Origin: Azolla caroliniana
Taxonomy: Eukaryota > Plantae > Polypodiophyta
Reading direction: 5' to 3'
DNA length: 64,000 nucleotides
NCBI GenBank assembly: GCA_043228905.1
Contig: JBHGNT010000014.1
Span: forward strand, 3,968,001-4,032,000
Below the pieces are notes generated by a model. That model saw nothing but the letters and a program-made list of their open reading frames with translations. It searched no databases and had not been told where the DNA came from. Made by a program: the position numbers and the translations under genes. This document shows, one piece after another, positions 38,492 through 51,513 of this stretch. Each line of letters opens with the position of its first letter. The first letter of the stretch is position 1.

Positions 38492-38754
38492 TGAAGGGAC
38501 AAACCCTATGGGAAAAGAGAGACAGAGAGGGAAGGAGAGAGAATGTACCTTTCACTCGATTTAGGGCTTCAAAATCTACCTTCCGTTTGAGGAACCATGG
38601 GGTGAAGATGGCTGCGGATGAAAATGCTCATAACTTCTCGCTACGGTAACGGAATTCAGTAAATGAACATTCTTTAGAAAGCTCTCTCAAAGAGCTTTCC
38701 AACGAGCTATAGAACGTAGAAAACGATGGCCGGAGTGAACTTACAGAGAGCTTT

Positions 38755-38804
<50 letters not shown>

Positions 38805-39109
38805 GATAATAGATGATATATTATAGCAAGAGTAAATACAAGATGGCTATGAGGCTTAAGACTAGCGTTGAACCAATTTGGTTCAAAACAATGCCTTGGG
38901 CCTCCTTTTATAGTGCTCTTAGGAGTAGTCCTGAAGCTTCTAGAATGTTCCAGAGAAATCTGGAATATACATTAATTTCTTATAATAAAACATAAATGAA
39001 CATAATATTCTAAAAATTACAATAGATGGTGTGATGGTTAAGAGCTAGACCCATATAACATAAGGTCATGGGTTCGAGTCTTGTCAAATCATGACACTAT
39101 TCCCCCCCT

Positions 39110-42100
39110 TAAGACGACGAGTGGAACGAGTCGACGCTGATTGAGGACCGGGTTTGTCGGGATATTGTTAGTGAAAATCAGCAAGAAGATCCTGAGCATT
39201 GGCGAGATGCTCCACGGGCTCCCAAGTACGTGCGCTCAGACTATAGCCAAGCCAATCGACCAAATAATAAAGTTTGTTGTGAACAAATTTGGAGTCGAGG
39301 ATGGCAGCAACTTCATACTCCGGGGCGGCGTCTAACTCAAGCGGGGGCAACGGTGGTGTAACACGATCAGGAATAGTGTTTGCTTTATAAGGTTCAAGAA
39401 GAGAACTATGGAAGACCGGATGTATCCGAAGATGCGGAGGAAGATCAAGGCGGAATGTGACATCATTAACCTTACCGGTAATACGGAAAGGACCGAGTCG
39501 TCGATAATCCAACTTGTGGCACGGTCGAGTAGTCTTGATGTGACGACGTAAAAGCCATACTCAATCTCCAATGGCAAAAGAGGAGGGAAGCCGATGACGA
39601 TCCACGTAAGTCTTCTGTGTGTGTTGAACATGACGAAGATGAGTAGAGAGATCCATTTAGATCTTGCGTAGTCTCTCCAAATGATCCTCAGCACGAGGAT
39701 TGGTAGGTAGCTCCGGGGTGTCGATCACCGACCAACGAGGATGAGAACCGGTATAAGCGTAGAATGGGGAGACTCGAGTGAAGGAGTGAACAACAATATT
39801 ATACGCAAACTCCGCAAAGTGGAGAATCTCGGCCCAATCGTCCTGTTGATAACTTAGGAAACACCGGAGATATTGCTCCAACGTTTGGTTTGTTCATTCC
39901 GCCTGCCCATCGGTTTGAGGATGGTAGCTGGAGGAGAGGTTGCAAGAGACCTTGAGCATCTTGAAGAGATGTTGCCAAATTTTGGAGAGGAATTGCGGTT
40001 TAGGGTTTAGGGTTTAGGAGCATCTTTTCTCAACAGCAAGCATCACAGGTCCGAACGTAGTCATCGACAAAACGTCCCATATGGGACCACCAAAAGGATC
40101 CTTGAACTAGATCCAACGTCTTAGTGCTACCGAAATGTTCCGCCATATGGGTGTCGTGACAACTTTGGACGATTTGAAGGCGACAGGAGCAATCGGGGAC
40201 ATATACAAGCTTTTTCAAATATAACAAACCATCATGATATTCGAATTGTCGGTAGTCCATACCTGGTTGTTGAGACTGCGAACAGGATGCCCGAGAGGTA
40301 TCAATGTGTGGCAGAATGTCTTGAGAAAAATTGTTCGTCTTCAAGTTCGCACGTATGGTGTTGGTAATCTGGGGATCCATTGGGGTGTGAAAAATCCGCG
40401 TTGTGTGCAATCGTGTTGGTCCCAAGATTACTTGCTTTTGATTATCGAACACTGGATCACCAGGACGAGGTGCAAGTTATGAACGTCGTGATAGTGAATC
40501 TACCTTTCCTTGTTGCTTCCCCAATCGATATGCGATTTGAAGTCAAAACGTGTGAGGATTTGAGCCCACCTAGCTTGCCGTCGATTTAGCACATGAGCAT
40601 TCTGGAAATAAGAAAGATTCTTGTGATCACTGAAGACGATGACCTGATGTGGAGAGCCCTCCAAAAAATGCCGCCATTGCACAAATGAATCCATGATGGC
40701 TAATAACTCCTTGTCATGTATTTCGTAGTTGATTTCTGCAGCATCGAATTTGCGCGAATGGAAAGCCACAGGGTGTAACTCTTCTTTATCTCCTTGTTGA
40801 GAAAGGATGCTATCGAGGGCGAAATCTGATGCATCGGCCTCCATGATGAATGGTTTTCTTGTATCCACATGAGCTAGAATAGGTGTTGATGTAAAGGCTT
40901 TCTTAAGATGCCGAAAATCCATGTCCGCTGCATTGGACCAAAGAAATGTTTGTCCCTTCCTCGTAAGTTGTGTGAGAGGTAAAATAATCTTCGAGTAATC
41001 CTGTATAAACTTGCGGTAGAAGTTAGCAAAACCTAGAAAACATTGTACATCTCGTACTGACCGTGGAATTTGCCACTCTAGCACAGTTTGGACTTTAGCT
41101 GGATCCCTGGAGATGCCCTTTGAGGAGATAACGTAGCCTAGAAATTCCACTTGCTTGCAGTCAAAGCTACATTTTTCTAGCTTGGCATAAAGACTATTCT
41201 TGCGGAGTCGGTTTAGTACTAATAGTACATGAGAATCGTGCTCTTCCTGGGTCTTCAAATAAATCAATAGATCATCCAGATAGATGATCAAACATATATC
41301 CAAGAGCTCTCTGAATATATCATTTGCCATGTGTTGGAAGACTACGGGTGCATTGGTTAGACCGAATGGCATAACAGTATATTCGAAATGCCCATACCGC
41401 GTGCAAAAGGCGGTCTTCCATTCATCTCCCAGTCGGATCCGCACGAGGTTATACGCTCCTCATAGATCGATTTTTGTAAAAAACTTGGCACCATTAACTC
41501 TCTCTAAAAGACTTGATATAAGAGGAAGTGCATACTTATTCCGGATGGTGACTTTATTCAAGCCACGGTAATCAACAACGAGACGAAGTGAGCCATCTTT
41601 CTTCTTGACAAAGAAGATGGGTGCACCGACCGGAGATTTTGAATGACGAATAAACCCGCTTGCCAAGTTCTCCTCTATGTAGGCTCGATGGACTTCTATC
41701 TCGGTGGGTGACAAGTTGTAAATTGGTCCCCATGGTGGTCTCCTCCTGGTTGTAAATCGATGGGACAATCGTAGGGACGACAATGAGGAAGAGTACCGGC
41801 TTTTACCTTGTCAAATACGTCGGCATAAGGATGATATTTCGCTGGAAGTTGCACTAAGGATTCCTCCTTAATATTGTTGGAAGGATGTACTAATATGGCA
41901 AATAGGAACATTGCCTCCTTGTGTCCTTCTTTGCGTAGTTGACGTAGTGAAATGGTCGAAACTCGATGAGTAGATTCTTGGGGTTGTCGATAGCGGACTT
42001 CTCTTGTTCTCCAATCTATGTCTGGATTATGTAGTTCAAACCAAGGTAATCCCAGGACAATGGGATGCTCTGGACTATTAATTATATTAAATAATACTAC

Positions 42101-42436
42101 ACACACAAAACTACCTAGGACAACCTGAATGGGTTCTAACTCTTCTACAATATTCCCGGAAGCAATGGGACGACCATCAATGACTACTACAGATGCAAGG
42201 CAAGGAAGTTTTCTTAAGGATATTTGAGAAGCTTGGGCAAAATTTCGATCCATGAAACAGGATTTGGCTCCGGAATCTAAAAGTGCTAGGACTTGTACTA
42301 GGGGAGTAGTTTTAGTACTAACCATGACTTGGGCTAGGAACACATTGCTAACTTGCTTGGAGGCAATGGAACCACTAATGGGTTGTATAGATCTAGGGCG
42401 GTCCAACCGAACGGCTCCTATTTTGGTTGGACTCAA
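39110..42436 (-). pseudogene. pol: Chromovirus copy 2 pol (PR, RT, RH, INT, chromodomain)
   Basis: [29 protein letters not shown], chromodomain; frameshifts, stops and an internal deletion. Confidence 0.93.
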
Positions 42437-43398
42437 TCGTTTAACTCTTCATCTAATTGACTAAGGATTTCAAATTTGTTTGAGATACTTGGGCTATTAG
42501 TACTATTAATACTATCAGACACTCTATTAGTACTATTAATACTATTAGACACTCCTAAGGGAAGAATTGACTTGGGTTTAGTACAGGCTACGATTTGATT
42601 TACCTGTCTTCTTGGCATATGGGGACAATTGATTGCGATATGCCCTAGTCCACCGCAATAAAGACATAATCGATTTGCACGGCGTCGTTGCTTTTCTTCT
42701 TCTGATAACAGGCCACGTCGACGCATGGTGTCAATCTCCATCGGTGTCAGAGTATTTGCTTGAGGTATGTCGCGTGCGAACGCTTTAGCCATGAGTGAGG
42801 TGTATGTGGGCTCCGTCCTAGAGTGTGGTATTTGTAATTGACGTTCAGAATGCCGTTCGAAAAGGCGGTTGTCACATTGGACTGCTCGACTAATTGCCTC
42901 CGTAAGAGATTTTGGTTCTTCGGGGAAGGTTAAAAGTAAATCTTTTACATTGTTTCGAAGGCCATAGCGAAATTGCTCCATTAGTGCCTGATCATCCCAG
43001 GGGATATCTGAGGCGAGTAGATGGAAATCCACCGCGTAGGCAGAGGCTCGATGATCGCCTTGACACAATCGTCCGATCTTGTTGATCGTCGTCCTGATGT
43101 TGTCGGTGTCTCCAAAGCAGGCTTTAAACTCACTAATAAAATCTTTAAAGTTATTAAGCAAGGGCGATTGTTTTTCTAGAAGCGGAGCGAACCATGCTAA
43201 GGCTGAGCCACTAAGAAACGTGCCTATTAGGCCGACTCGGGATGCATTAGTGGGGTATCGGGAAGGATGCATTTGGATGACTAATCGTACCTGATTAAGG
43301 AATCCCCTGAATTGCGATCGCGTTCCATCAAATTTCACAGGAAGTCTAATCTTCGGCTCTTTATGAAATACGTGGGGACTTGATCCTTGTTGTAGCAA
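42433..43398 (-). CDS. gag: Chromovirus gag (PEG10/Tf-like capsid plus CCHC), 5' part degenerate
   Basis: PVKFDGTRSQFRGFLNQ, LSGSALAW, QFRYGL, PMEID, CLYCGGLGHIAINC. Confidence 0.88.
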   Translation of the reverse strand: MLQQGSSPHVFHKEPKIRLPVKFDGTRSQFRGFLNQVRLVIQMHPSRYPTNASRVGLIGTFLSGSALAWFAPLLEKQSPLLNNFKDFISEFKACFGDTDNIRTTINKIGRLCQGDHRASAYAVDFHLLASDIPWDDQALMEQFRYGLRNNVKDLLLTFPEEPKSLTEAISRAVQCDNRLFERHSERQLQIPHSRTEPTYTSLMAKAFARDIPQANTLTPMEIDTMRRRGLLSEEEKQRRRANRLCLYCGGLGHIAINCPHMPRRQVNQIVACTKPKSILPLGVSNSINSTNRVSDSINSTNSPSISNKFEILSQLDEELND

Positions 43399-46300
43399 TG
43401 CTGCTTTGAGTTGTTATACCCGTAACGCTAACTCCCCATGTTTTGTTGCATTTGTTGTTTTTCTAGAGCGATTTGTTGCAGATCCCCTATCAGCCGTTGG
43501 TTTTCTTGTTCCAAGGCAACAAATTTTTCTTTTACGCATTGTAGCTTGGAGAAAACGGATTAATATTCTTGGGCGCTAACAGTAGCCATAGTATAGGGAA
43601 AAGGGTAGGAGGATGAGGGAGAACAACAAGTAGGCTTGAGGAGGAAATTGGTTTAAACTGTCAGGACTAGTACTAAAACAAAGAGAGAATTAGTACTAGA
43701 GAAGGGTAGTCCTATTAGTACTAAGAGGACGGGACTGCGTAAGACTCCCGAGAGAGAGAAAAGAGAAGAGGAGAGAGAGAGAGAGAGAGAGAGATGATGA
43801 TAATAGATGATATATTATAGCAAGAGTAAATACAAGATGGCTATGAGGCTTAAGACTGGCGTTGAACCAATTTGGTTCAAAACAATGCCTTGTGCCTCCT
43901 TTTATAGTGCTCTTAGGAGTAGTCCTGAAGCTTCTAGAATGTTCCAGAGAAATCTAGAATATACATTAATTTCTTATAATAAAGCATAAATGAACATAAT
44001 ATCCTACAAATTACAATAGATGGTGTGATGGTTAAGAGCTCGACCCATATACCATAAGGTCATGGGTTCTAATCTTGCCATATCATGACACCAAGAGAGT
44101 GTACCCCGGCGCGAAGCGGCAACATCGGAGGTTGCGGAGGACACCGAAGATGAGAGCACTAACACGGATGTCGAGGAAGCAACGTACCTTTTCGAAAGGG
44201 TACACGGAGCGGAGCGGAGTGCGAGACATGCGATGTCGCCGCGTAAGGGCCGAGCGACGAGCACGAGGATGATCGACGACGAAGTTCGGCGCGTGATAGT
44301 GCCGAGTCGAGGAAGCGGCCGAGGCAAGACAAGCATGGACAAAGAGTACACGGTGTAATATCCGGCAAATAGTCGGGAAGAACGAGTATTTGGTCCAAGG
44401 TTGCGCGCGGAAAACGATGGAAGCCAAAGAGAGGTGTGCAAAGACCGGATCGGTCGGAGACAATGGTTTGGATGGAGCCGACGGTTCGAGAGCATACGGC
44501 GGGTATGGCGGACCGGGAGGCTACGGTGGTCCATGTGGAAAGGATGGACTTGCTTGAAGTGGAAGTCGAAGTAGGGCAAAGTTGACAAGGACGCTAAGGA
44601 CTTGGTTGATCACCATGACCGAAAATCTCACCTCTTTCCCCTTCTTGGCACATACCGGTGAATGTGCGGTTTGGTGGGGGCGGATGTCGTGAAGATTTTC
44701 GTCCATAGGGGGAAAACTGAGCGGAGTGAGCAAAACCGGGGTGTGCAACGTTGCACACGCACATGATGTATTTGTAAAATATTAATAAGAACAAATGTAA
44801 ATTGTAAGAAATGCACCACAAGATTCCTAAAGTGTAAATGTGATGTGCACTTATGTGCACATCCACATGAGAAAGAGAGGGGTACATAGGAGTACAAGGT
44901 GAGTAATGGGCATAGTAGTGTGTGTGAGGGGTGGGAGTTAAGGCCCCATCAATCCCTCCTCCTAGAATCTAAGCAAATATCCTCCATTGAATGAAGGGGA
45001 TATTTAGTCTCTCCTTTTTGTAACGGCTTTCTCTCCTTATGCTATAAAAGGAGAGGAAGGGGCATCATTGAGGGGGTTGCCTATTTTGAGTGAGAAGAGG
45101 TATACCACTTAGGTCGAGGGTTTCTATTCGGTTTAGGGTTTCTTCTAGGGATTTCTTCATCTCTTTCTTTACTTATCCGATTAGGGTTTACATTCTACTT
45201 ATGTTTTGAGTCCGGCCCATGCGGCCGCGGTTGTAATCGCATTGCGGCTTTCAATGTGTCTTGCGTGTTAGTGTAAATCTTGCTTGTGTGTTCGTGCGAC
45301 TTGTGGCAAGGGAGCGTTCAGGCTTGCCCATGCACCTCTCCTTTCATAAAGGCGTTCAAAATTGTTTCTCCCGTGTGTAAACCTTGCTTGTGTGTTCGTG
45401 CGACTTGTGGGAAGGGAGCGTTCGGGCTTGCCCATGCACCTCTCCTTTGACAAAGGCATTTGAAATTGGTTCTCCCATGTAACAATCGGCAATGGTTCGG
45501 TTCGGTTCGAAGGTCCCAAACCCAAACCGGTTCAAACTGAACTCTTAAGATAAAGTTGAAACTTAAACCAAACTAAATCGAACCACGATTCCATCCAAAC
45601 CGAAATCGTCAAAACCGAAACCATCTAAACCAAACCATTTATAAAAAAATCAAACCTAAACCAAACAGTTTCAGAGACTTATGAACCATTAAACTACGGT
45701 TTAACGGTTTGGTTTTGGTTTCCTTTAATAAACATATTATCAATTTTTTTTCTAAAATTTACATAAGCCCACACGCTAACATTATGATGACATCTAACAA
45801 TATATAAAAGATATTCAAAAACGTTAAAACTTGCTAGAACGTGTCAATAACTTCCAAACATGTATATAATATGATATTGATTCAATGGCCAAACATTGTA
45901 ATACTTTGATTCCACCAATTAGGTTTATTTCTAATCAATATAAAAATGGAATTTGGGTTTATACATGATCAGTTACATGTCAATAACTTCAAAACATGTA
46001 TATATATACAAAATGACATTGATTCCACCATGTAATATTGTTTTTAAACAAATAATGAAAACTGCATCTATTTCAAAAGTAGAGATTGTTCCAGCATCCT
46101 CTTTATCGTCGAATGGGGATAATGGCACTTTGGGGATATGCACCTTAGCATCATGGTTTGTGCCATTATTTAGTAGTTCCAATGGACTAAAAACCAAAAA
46201 ATTAACCAATAAAGGCCCATGCCACCAAGCAACAACAAAAACCAGAATACGACTTCCATGCATTTACCATGTTTCGGAATCGATGTGAGTCGAGGATAGA

Positions 46301-46405
46301 ATGAAGACCTTAGAAAATATCAAAAAGTCATGTGATATTTTATAAATATGAATAACAAGAGTATGAAACTATAATGTTCGAAACTAAAAAGAAATATATG
46401 GGTAA

Positions 46406-48666
46406 TTAAACACATGATCTTGTTTGACTCAGCATATAGTCCACTACATCATCCTCCATAGCAATATCTTCCATATCTATACCCAAGTTATTATATGCTT
46501 CATTGAAGTCTTCAGGTAGTGAAATATTTGACTCATTAAGAACATCCAACCACGACCTAATGCACATTTCAGCCTTGAAATTGCATGAATGCAAACGAAT
46601 TCTATCTTAAAAATTATATTTTGCTTCAGAATTAGCCTCCTCTGACGGCACTGATGATGCTGGTATTGCTAAATAGTCACAAGCCATCTTGTACATCCGA
46701 GGTAAAGCAAACCTAGTTTAAATGTAATCAAACATTTTGAAACTGGTTTTGCACAAAGTTAAAGAAAAATGTCAAATTTATAAGTTATAACTAGGAAATG
46801 TGAAGCAAACCTATTGTTGAACCACCATGGAAGTGGATCCGTATCTGTTTTTGCTAGAGGAAATCTCATAAATTGTTCCATTTCTAATTGTGAAGAAGAC
46901 ATTGATTCTTAGAGAAGGCTTATTGACACCTAAGATTTCCCAAATGTCCTCCTGTTTTGTAAGATTTCTAACATATGTTTCATCAGTAGTGTTTGGAACA
47001 TCAACGACATACTTTTCTTCCAATACTTTGTGAACCAAATCAATATCCAAATTCCTCTCAATTGTGTTATTGGGTATTGGAACTCTGAAAACACATATGA
47101 AGATGAATGCCATTATGTATGAGAAAAAAAAGTAGTAGTAAATTTATTATGTATGAGAAAAACTATTAACATAGTACATATCGTGGATCGAGAAAGGTCG
47201 CAATGCGAGAAGGTATGGACATCAATGATTCTTGGTATCTTATCAAATATTGTAAGCATTTCTCACTAGCTTTTTCTTGCACTTCAAGAGTTGCCTTGCT
47301 TGAGCTAGATTCCATTGACTCCACGTCCACTCCCAAATACACTTGATACAATGTGTTAACAAGACATTGAAGGCAAGAGACGCTATTGAGAGGGTGGGGT
47401 ACTTTGACCCACTTAAATATGTACAAATTCTAGCAGGTAGAAGAAGCCATTACTCCATTGCTTGTATGTGGTTCCAATCATCTATGGTAAGCATATTATC
47501 AACAAAATCCGCAGCAATAATAGAGTCCGCTATAGTGCAACTCAAAACATCTCTGAGTTTCAAGGCTTCTTGGTACATTTCTAAGGTTGAATTCCATCTA
47601 GTAATGATATCAAGACAAGGCGGCTCCCGCTCTCCATTCTCATACATTGATCTAGAATATTTTCTAAATATAGCTCTACGAACTTTACTAGAACGTATGG
47701 ATAACAAAATATTTCTCAACTTCATAGTGGAAGGTGAGATGACCTCTAATGTAGACTTAATACCAAGTTGAAATACATGAACCATACATCTCAACATATT
47801 TGACGAAGGCAAAATATCATTTCCATGCATATCATGTAACAATCTACCCAACTCAGTCGAGGCCATAATAACTCACTAGCACCATCAGATGTTATGGATA
47901 AAATATGAGAAGAAATACCAAAGGATTTTACATGCATAAATAATGAGTGACCATAACGCTTACCTACGCCATCACCAGGAAATACATGGAAGAAATCAAT
48001 AGGCATAGACATTGGCTTAGCAGATTCTCTACATACCCAATGTAATGTCATTGGATAAAATCCTTACAAACTATTATTTGACCACCCATCAAAGCTAATT
48101 GCAAAACGTGAATCGAGTGTAGACAAAAAACTTATAACTATTTGACGAATGACAACATACATTTGTAATATTGATCGTTTTAAAGTACGTGCTAACTTAA
48201 GCACATACCCTGGTAAGACATCACGCATTAATTGTTTAAAACCTAAAGACTCAACATGCACATGAGGCAACATTTCTGTGATTATATATTTTGTTATAGA
48301 GCTATCAAATTTCTTCTCGAATGTACGAGATATTAGAAGCTTAGACTCATCTATAGGATGTTGGATCACAGACATTGTATTCATACTTGAGGAACTATGT
48401 GGCTGAGATGTGCTAGTAATGTGATGTTTTTCTAATAAATGTTTTGTAAGAGTACCCGTGGATGTATTATTTGACCAAGAAATAGAACAATGAGAGCATC
48501 GACGATGGGGCACACCGTTATCTGTGATATTTATAGTGTGTCGGTCTGTCCATGAAGTTTGTAGTCTCTTTAATTTGCCTTTACATGTGTTACTTGTTGA
48601 AGTTGAGGCCATTGAATTTGGGGATGATATAGTGTTCAATAAAGGGGCGTTCACACTTGATTCCAT
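46406..48666 (-). pseudogene. hAT transposase (BED finger, DDE core, dimerisation domain), intron-containing and disrupted
   Basis: CSHC...HLLEKH, FDGWSN, ITSDGAS, RCMVH, TRWNST, FLDPRY, DYLAIPASSVPSE. Confidence 0.9.
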
Positions 48667-49504
48667 GTTCTATAAGGAATTAGAAAACTATATCGGACCA
48701 AAGGAAGTCATAATTAGTGATATAATAAGATGATATGCATAAAGTCAAGGGCACAGATTACTCACGATATTGAAGGAGATTCAAAAGAACTATATAAATC
48801 TAAATGTAAGGAGTCATCCAAAACCAGGAGATTATGTTTGATTCTACTATAACCAAAACATTTCCATGTATTGAAGCTTGTACTATAGCCAAAACATATA
48901 GAAAATCAATATTCCAATTCTATAAATTTCTTTCATGAATTCAATTTTAGAATTCTCAAGCTATGTTTCCTAAGGATAGTACCCGTGGATGTATTATTTG
49001 ACCAAGAAATAGAACAATGAGAGCATCGACGATGGGGCACACCGTTATCTGTGATATTTATAGTGTGTCGGTCTGTCCATGAAGTTTGTAGTCTCTTTAA
49101 TTTGCCTTTACATGTGTTACTTGTTGAAGTTGAGGCCATTGAATTTGGGGATGATATAGTGTTCAATAAAGGGGCGTTCACACTTGATTCCATGTTCTAT
49201 AAGGAATTAGAAAACTATATCGGACCAAAGGAAGTCATAATTAGTGATATAATAAGATGATATGCATAAAGTCAAGGGCACAGATTACTCACGATATTGA
49301 AGGAGATTCAAAAGAACTATATAAATCTAAATGTAAGGAGTCATCCAAAACCAGGAGATTATGTTTGATTCTACTATAACCAAAACATTTCCATGTATTG
49401 AAGCTTGTACTATAGCCAAAACATATAGAAAATCAATATTCCAATTCTATAAATTTCTTTCATGAATTCAATTTTAGAATTCTCAAGCTATGTTTCCTAA
49501 GGAT
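48451..49504. repeat. Tandem duplication, 2 x 527 bp, of the transposase start and upstream region
   Basis: 48451-48977 matches 48978-49504; identical ORF starts in the track. Confidence 0.95.
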
Positions 49505-51513
49505 TTGTATTTATTTATTTTGGTGTCACAACAAAGTTGTTGAACCAACTAAATCATCAGAATGCAAGAAAGTGGGAAGGAGGCATAGGCAACCATGCAG
49601 TCCCCTTATCTTAGGATGATTCCAAAGGCTTTTTAGCATCGAATATTTTGTATTCATTTTCCAAGGATATAAACAAATATAGGATGGACAAAGGATCAAC
49701 ATGTGCATGGAATGCATTTAAAAAATCTATTATGTTTTTAGTCTAAAACATTATCTTCCTAGTTTACACAATTTCCCATTGAAATAAGAAACAAATGAAT
49801 TAAACATACAACTTACATATGAGCCTCCACATGCCTATCCACGAGTATTTTATTATTAGGAGACAAACATTTTTTCATCCTATTAAATTAGTTTAAGACA
49901 TCCATTTTTCCCACATAGTATTGTTGAAATGCAATTTCTATTGACCATACAAAATGTATATTGATTTCATCATGTGCTCGATCTTCTAATCCTTGCATTA
50001 GAATTCAATTTTAGAAATATCCAAGACAAATAGGCATGCTATTAGAGTATTCAAAATATAGATCATTTAGATGATGGGCAGAACATATCTACTTGATGAT
50101 TGCAAATAACAAAACAAGATTATTGAAAATAGCCTCTTATTATTAAAAAGTTCATACCTAATTTATCAAACATGTCTATTGAGTATTTTGATATAAAGAG
50201 GGGTGTACCAACTCAAATTCATAAAGAAAACATTCTATCATGTAGTTTTATCCACGTCATTGATTTGTATGTGTTTCCAACAACAAGATTGAAAAGTTTG
50301 GGCAATCCAAGGAATCGTTGTGTCTTAAAGATAGTAGGTGAACTAACTGATTGTGGAAAGTGTAATTTATACGATACATTTCCACACACATTCAAAATCG
50401 GTTGGATAAACAATATTAACAATTGATTGCATATGTGAACATTTTACTATGTTGTTACAACATAGTAAAATGTTCACATATGCAAGTATTTACTAAAGCT
50501 ATTGTTTAAATTAACATGTTAAATGTAGGATACCCACGGGCCACAATATGAAAGTAAAAGAATTATATTTGGTATGAAACACAACTCATGGTTGGTTCTT
50601 TATCTTATATATGTGCGTACCAAATGAAAGTGCCTCTATCTGAATGAAATTTAATGAAAATACCTCTACGCAAACTCTTCAGACTCACAACTTGTTTTCG
50701 AAGAGCCTCGACCGCACAAGAAGAAGGAGAAGGAGGAGGAGACTCAAGAGTTTGTTTTCGAAGAAGAAGAAGAAGCAGATCAAGAAGTAGATATGTGTTT
50801 TTTAGAAGTTAGGTCAAAATCTACTTTCAATATTTCTAAAATTGATAAATTTGACCTTTAAAATATGTGTTAAAAGAAAATATTTATAAAACTATCACCC
50901 AAACTGTTAAGCCGTTTAAACCACGGTTTTCAAACCGTTTAAACCGAAACCTTTAAACCAATGAGGGGTCGAACCAAACCAAACTGAATTGTTGCCCCCT
51001 TGAACCGAACCAAACCGTTCGTGAAAATCCAAACATGAACCAAACCAGACCGAACCATTGAAACCGCTAAACCGTTAAGCCATAGTTTCGTGGTTCGATT
51101 CGGTTCAAACCGAACCGTTGCCGATTGTTACTCTCATGTGTAAACCTTGCTTGTGTGTTCGTGCGACTTGTGGCAAGGGAGCGTTCGGGCTTGCCCATGC
51201 ACCTCTCCTTTTACAAAGGCATTCAAAATTGTGTCTCCTGTGTATAAACCTTGCTTGTGTGTTCACGTGTTTTGTAACAAGGGAGCGTTCGGGCTTGCCC
51301 ATGCACCTCTCTTTTCACAAAGGCATTCGAAACTCTGGCTCTCATGTGTGTAAGTAAGACTTTTCCTTGTGTGTCTGTGTGTAAGCCTTCCTCACGTGCC
51401 TTCGTTCGCCTTGTGACTAGGGTTTGATTCAGGCTTGCCCATGCACCTCTCGTTTTCACAAACACGTTCGAATACTCATGCCTTGTTTGTGTAAGCTTCC
51501 TTGTGTTGTGCGT

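Larger units (their letters stand above)
34172..38757 (-). mobile_element. Intact non-LTR retrotransposon (RTE-X-like LINE) inserted in a (GA)n tract
   Basis: ORF1 plus ORF2; (TCTA)n 3' tail; both ends embedded in the LTR microsatellite. Confidence 0.9.
34043..44090 (-). mobile_element. Ty3/Gypsy chromovirus (Tcn1-like), copy 2, full length but decayed
   Basis: TSD CCAAG; 5' LTR 43659-44090; 3' LTR 34043-~34170 plus ~38758-39096, split by a LINE; PPT 39097-39111. Confidence 0.95.
25387..45253 (+). mobile_element. tRNA-Trp-primed non-autonomous LTR (Gypsy-like) element hosting nested insertions
   Basis: 5' LTR 25387-26115 (TGTCAT...CGCGACA); PBS TGGTGAACTCGACGTGAA 26120-26137; PPT 44673-44684; 3' LTR 44685-45253 matches 25387-25955 and is then truncated. 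Confidence 0.85.
45480..51130 (-). mobile_element. hAT DNA transposon
   Basis: ~23-bp TIRs TAACAATCGGCAAYGGTTCGGTT; 8-bp TSD CTCCCATG/CTCTCATG; AAACCG-rich subterminal repeats. Confidence 0.93.
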
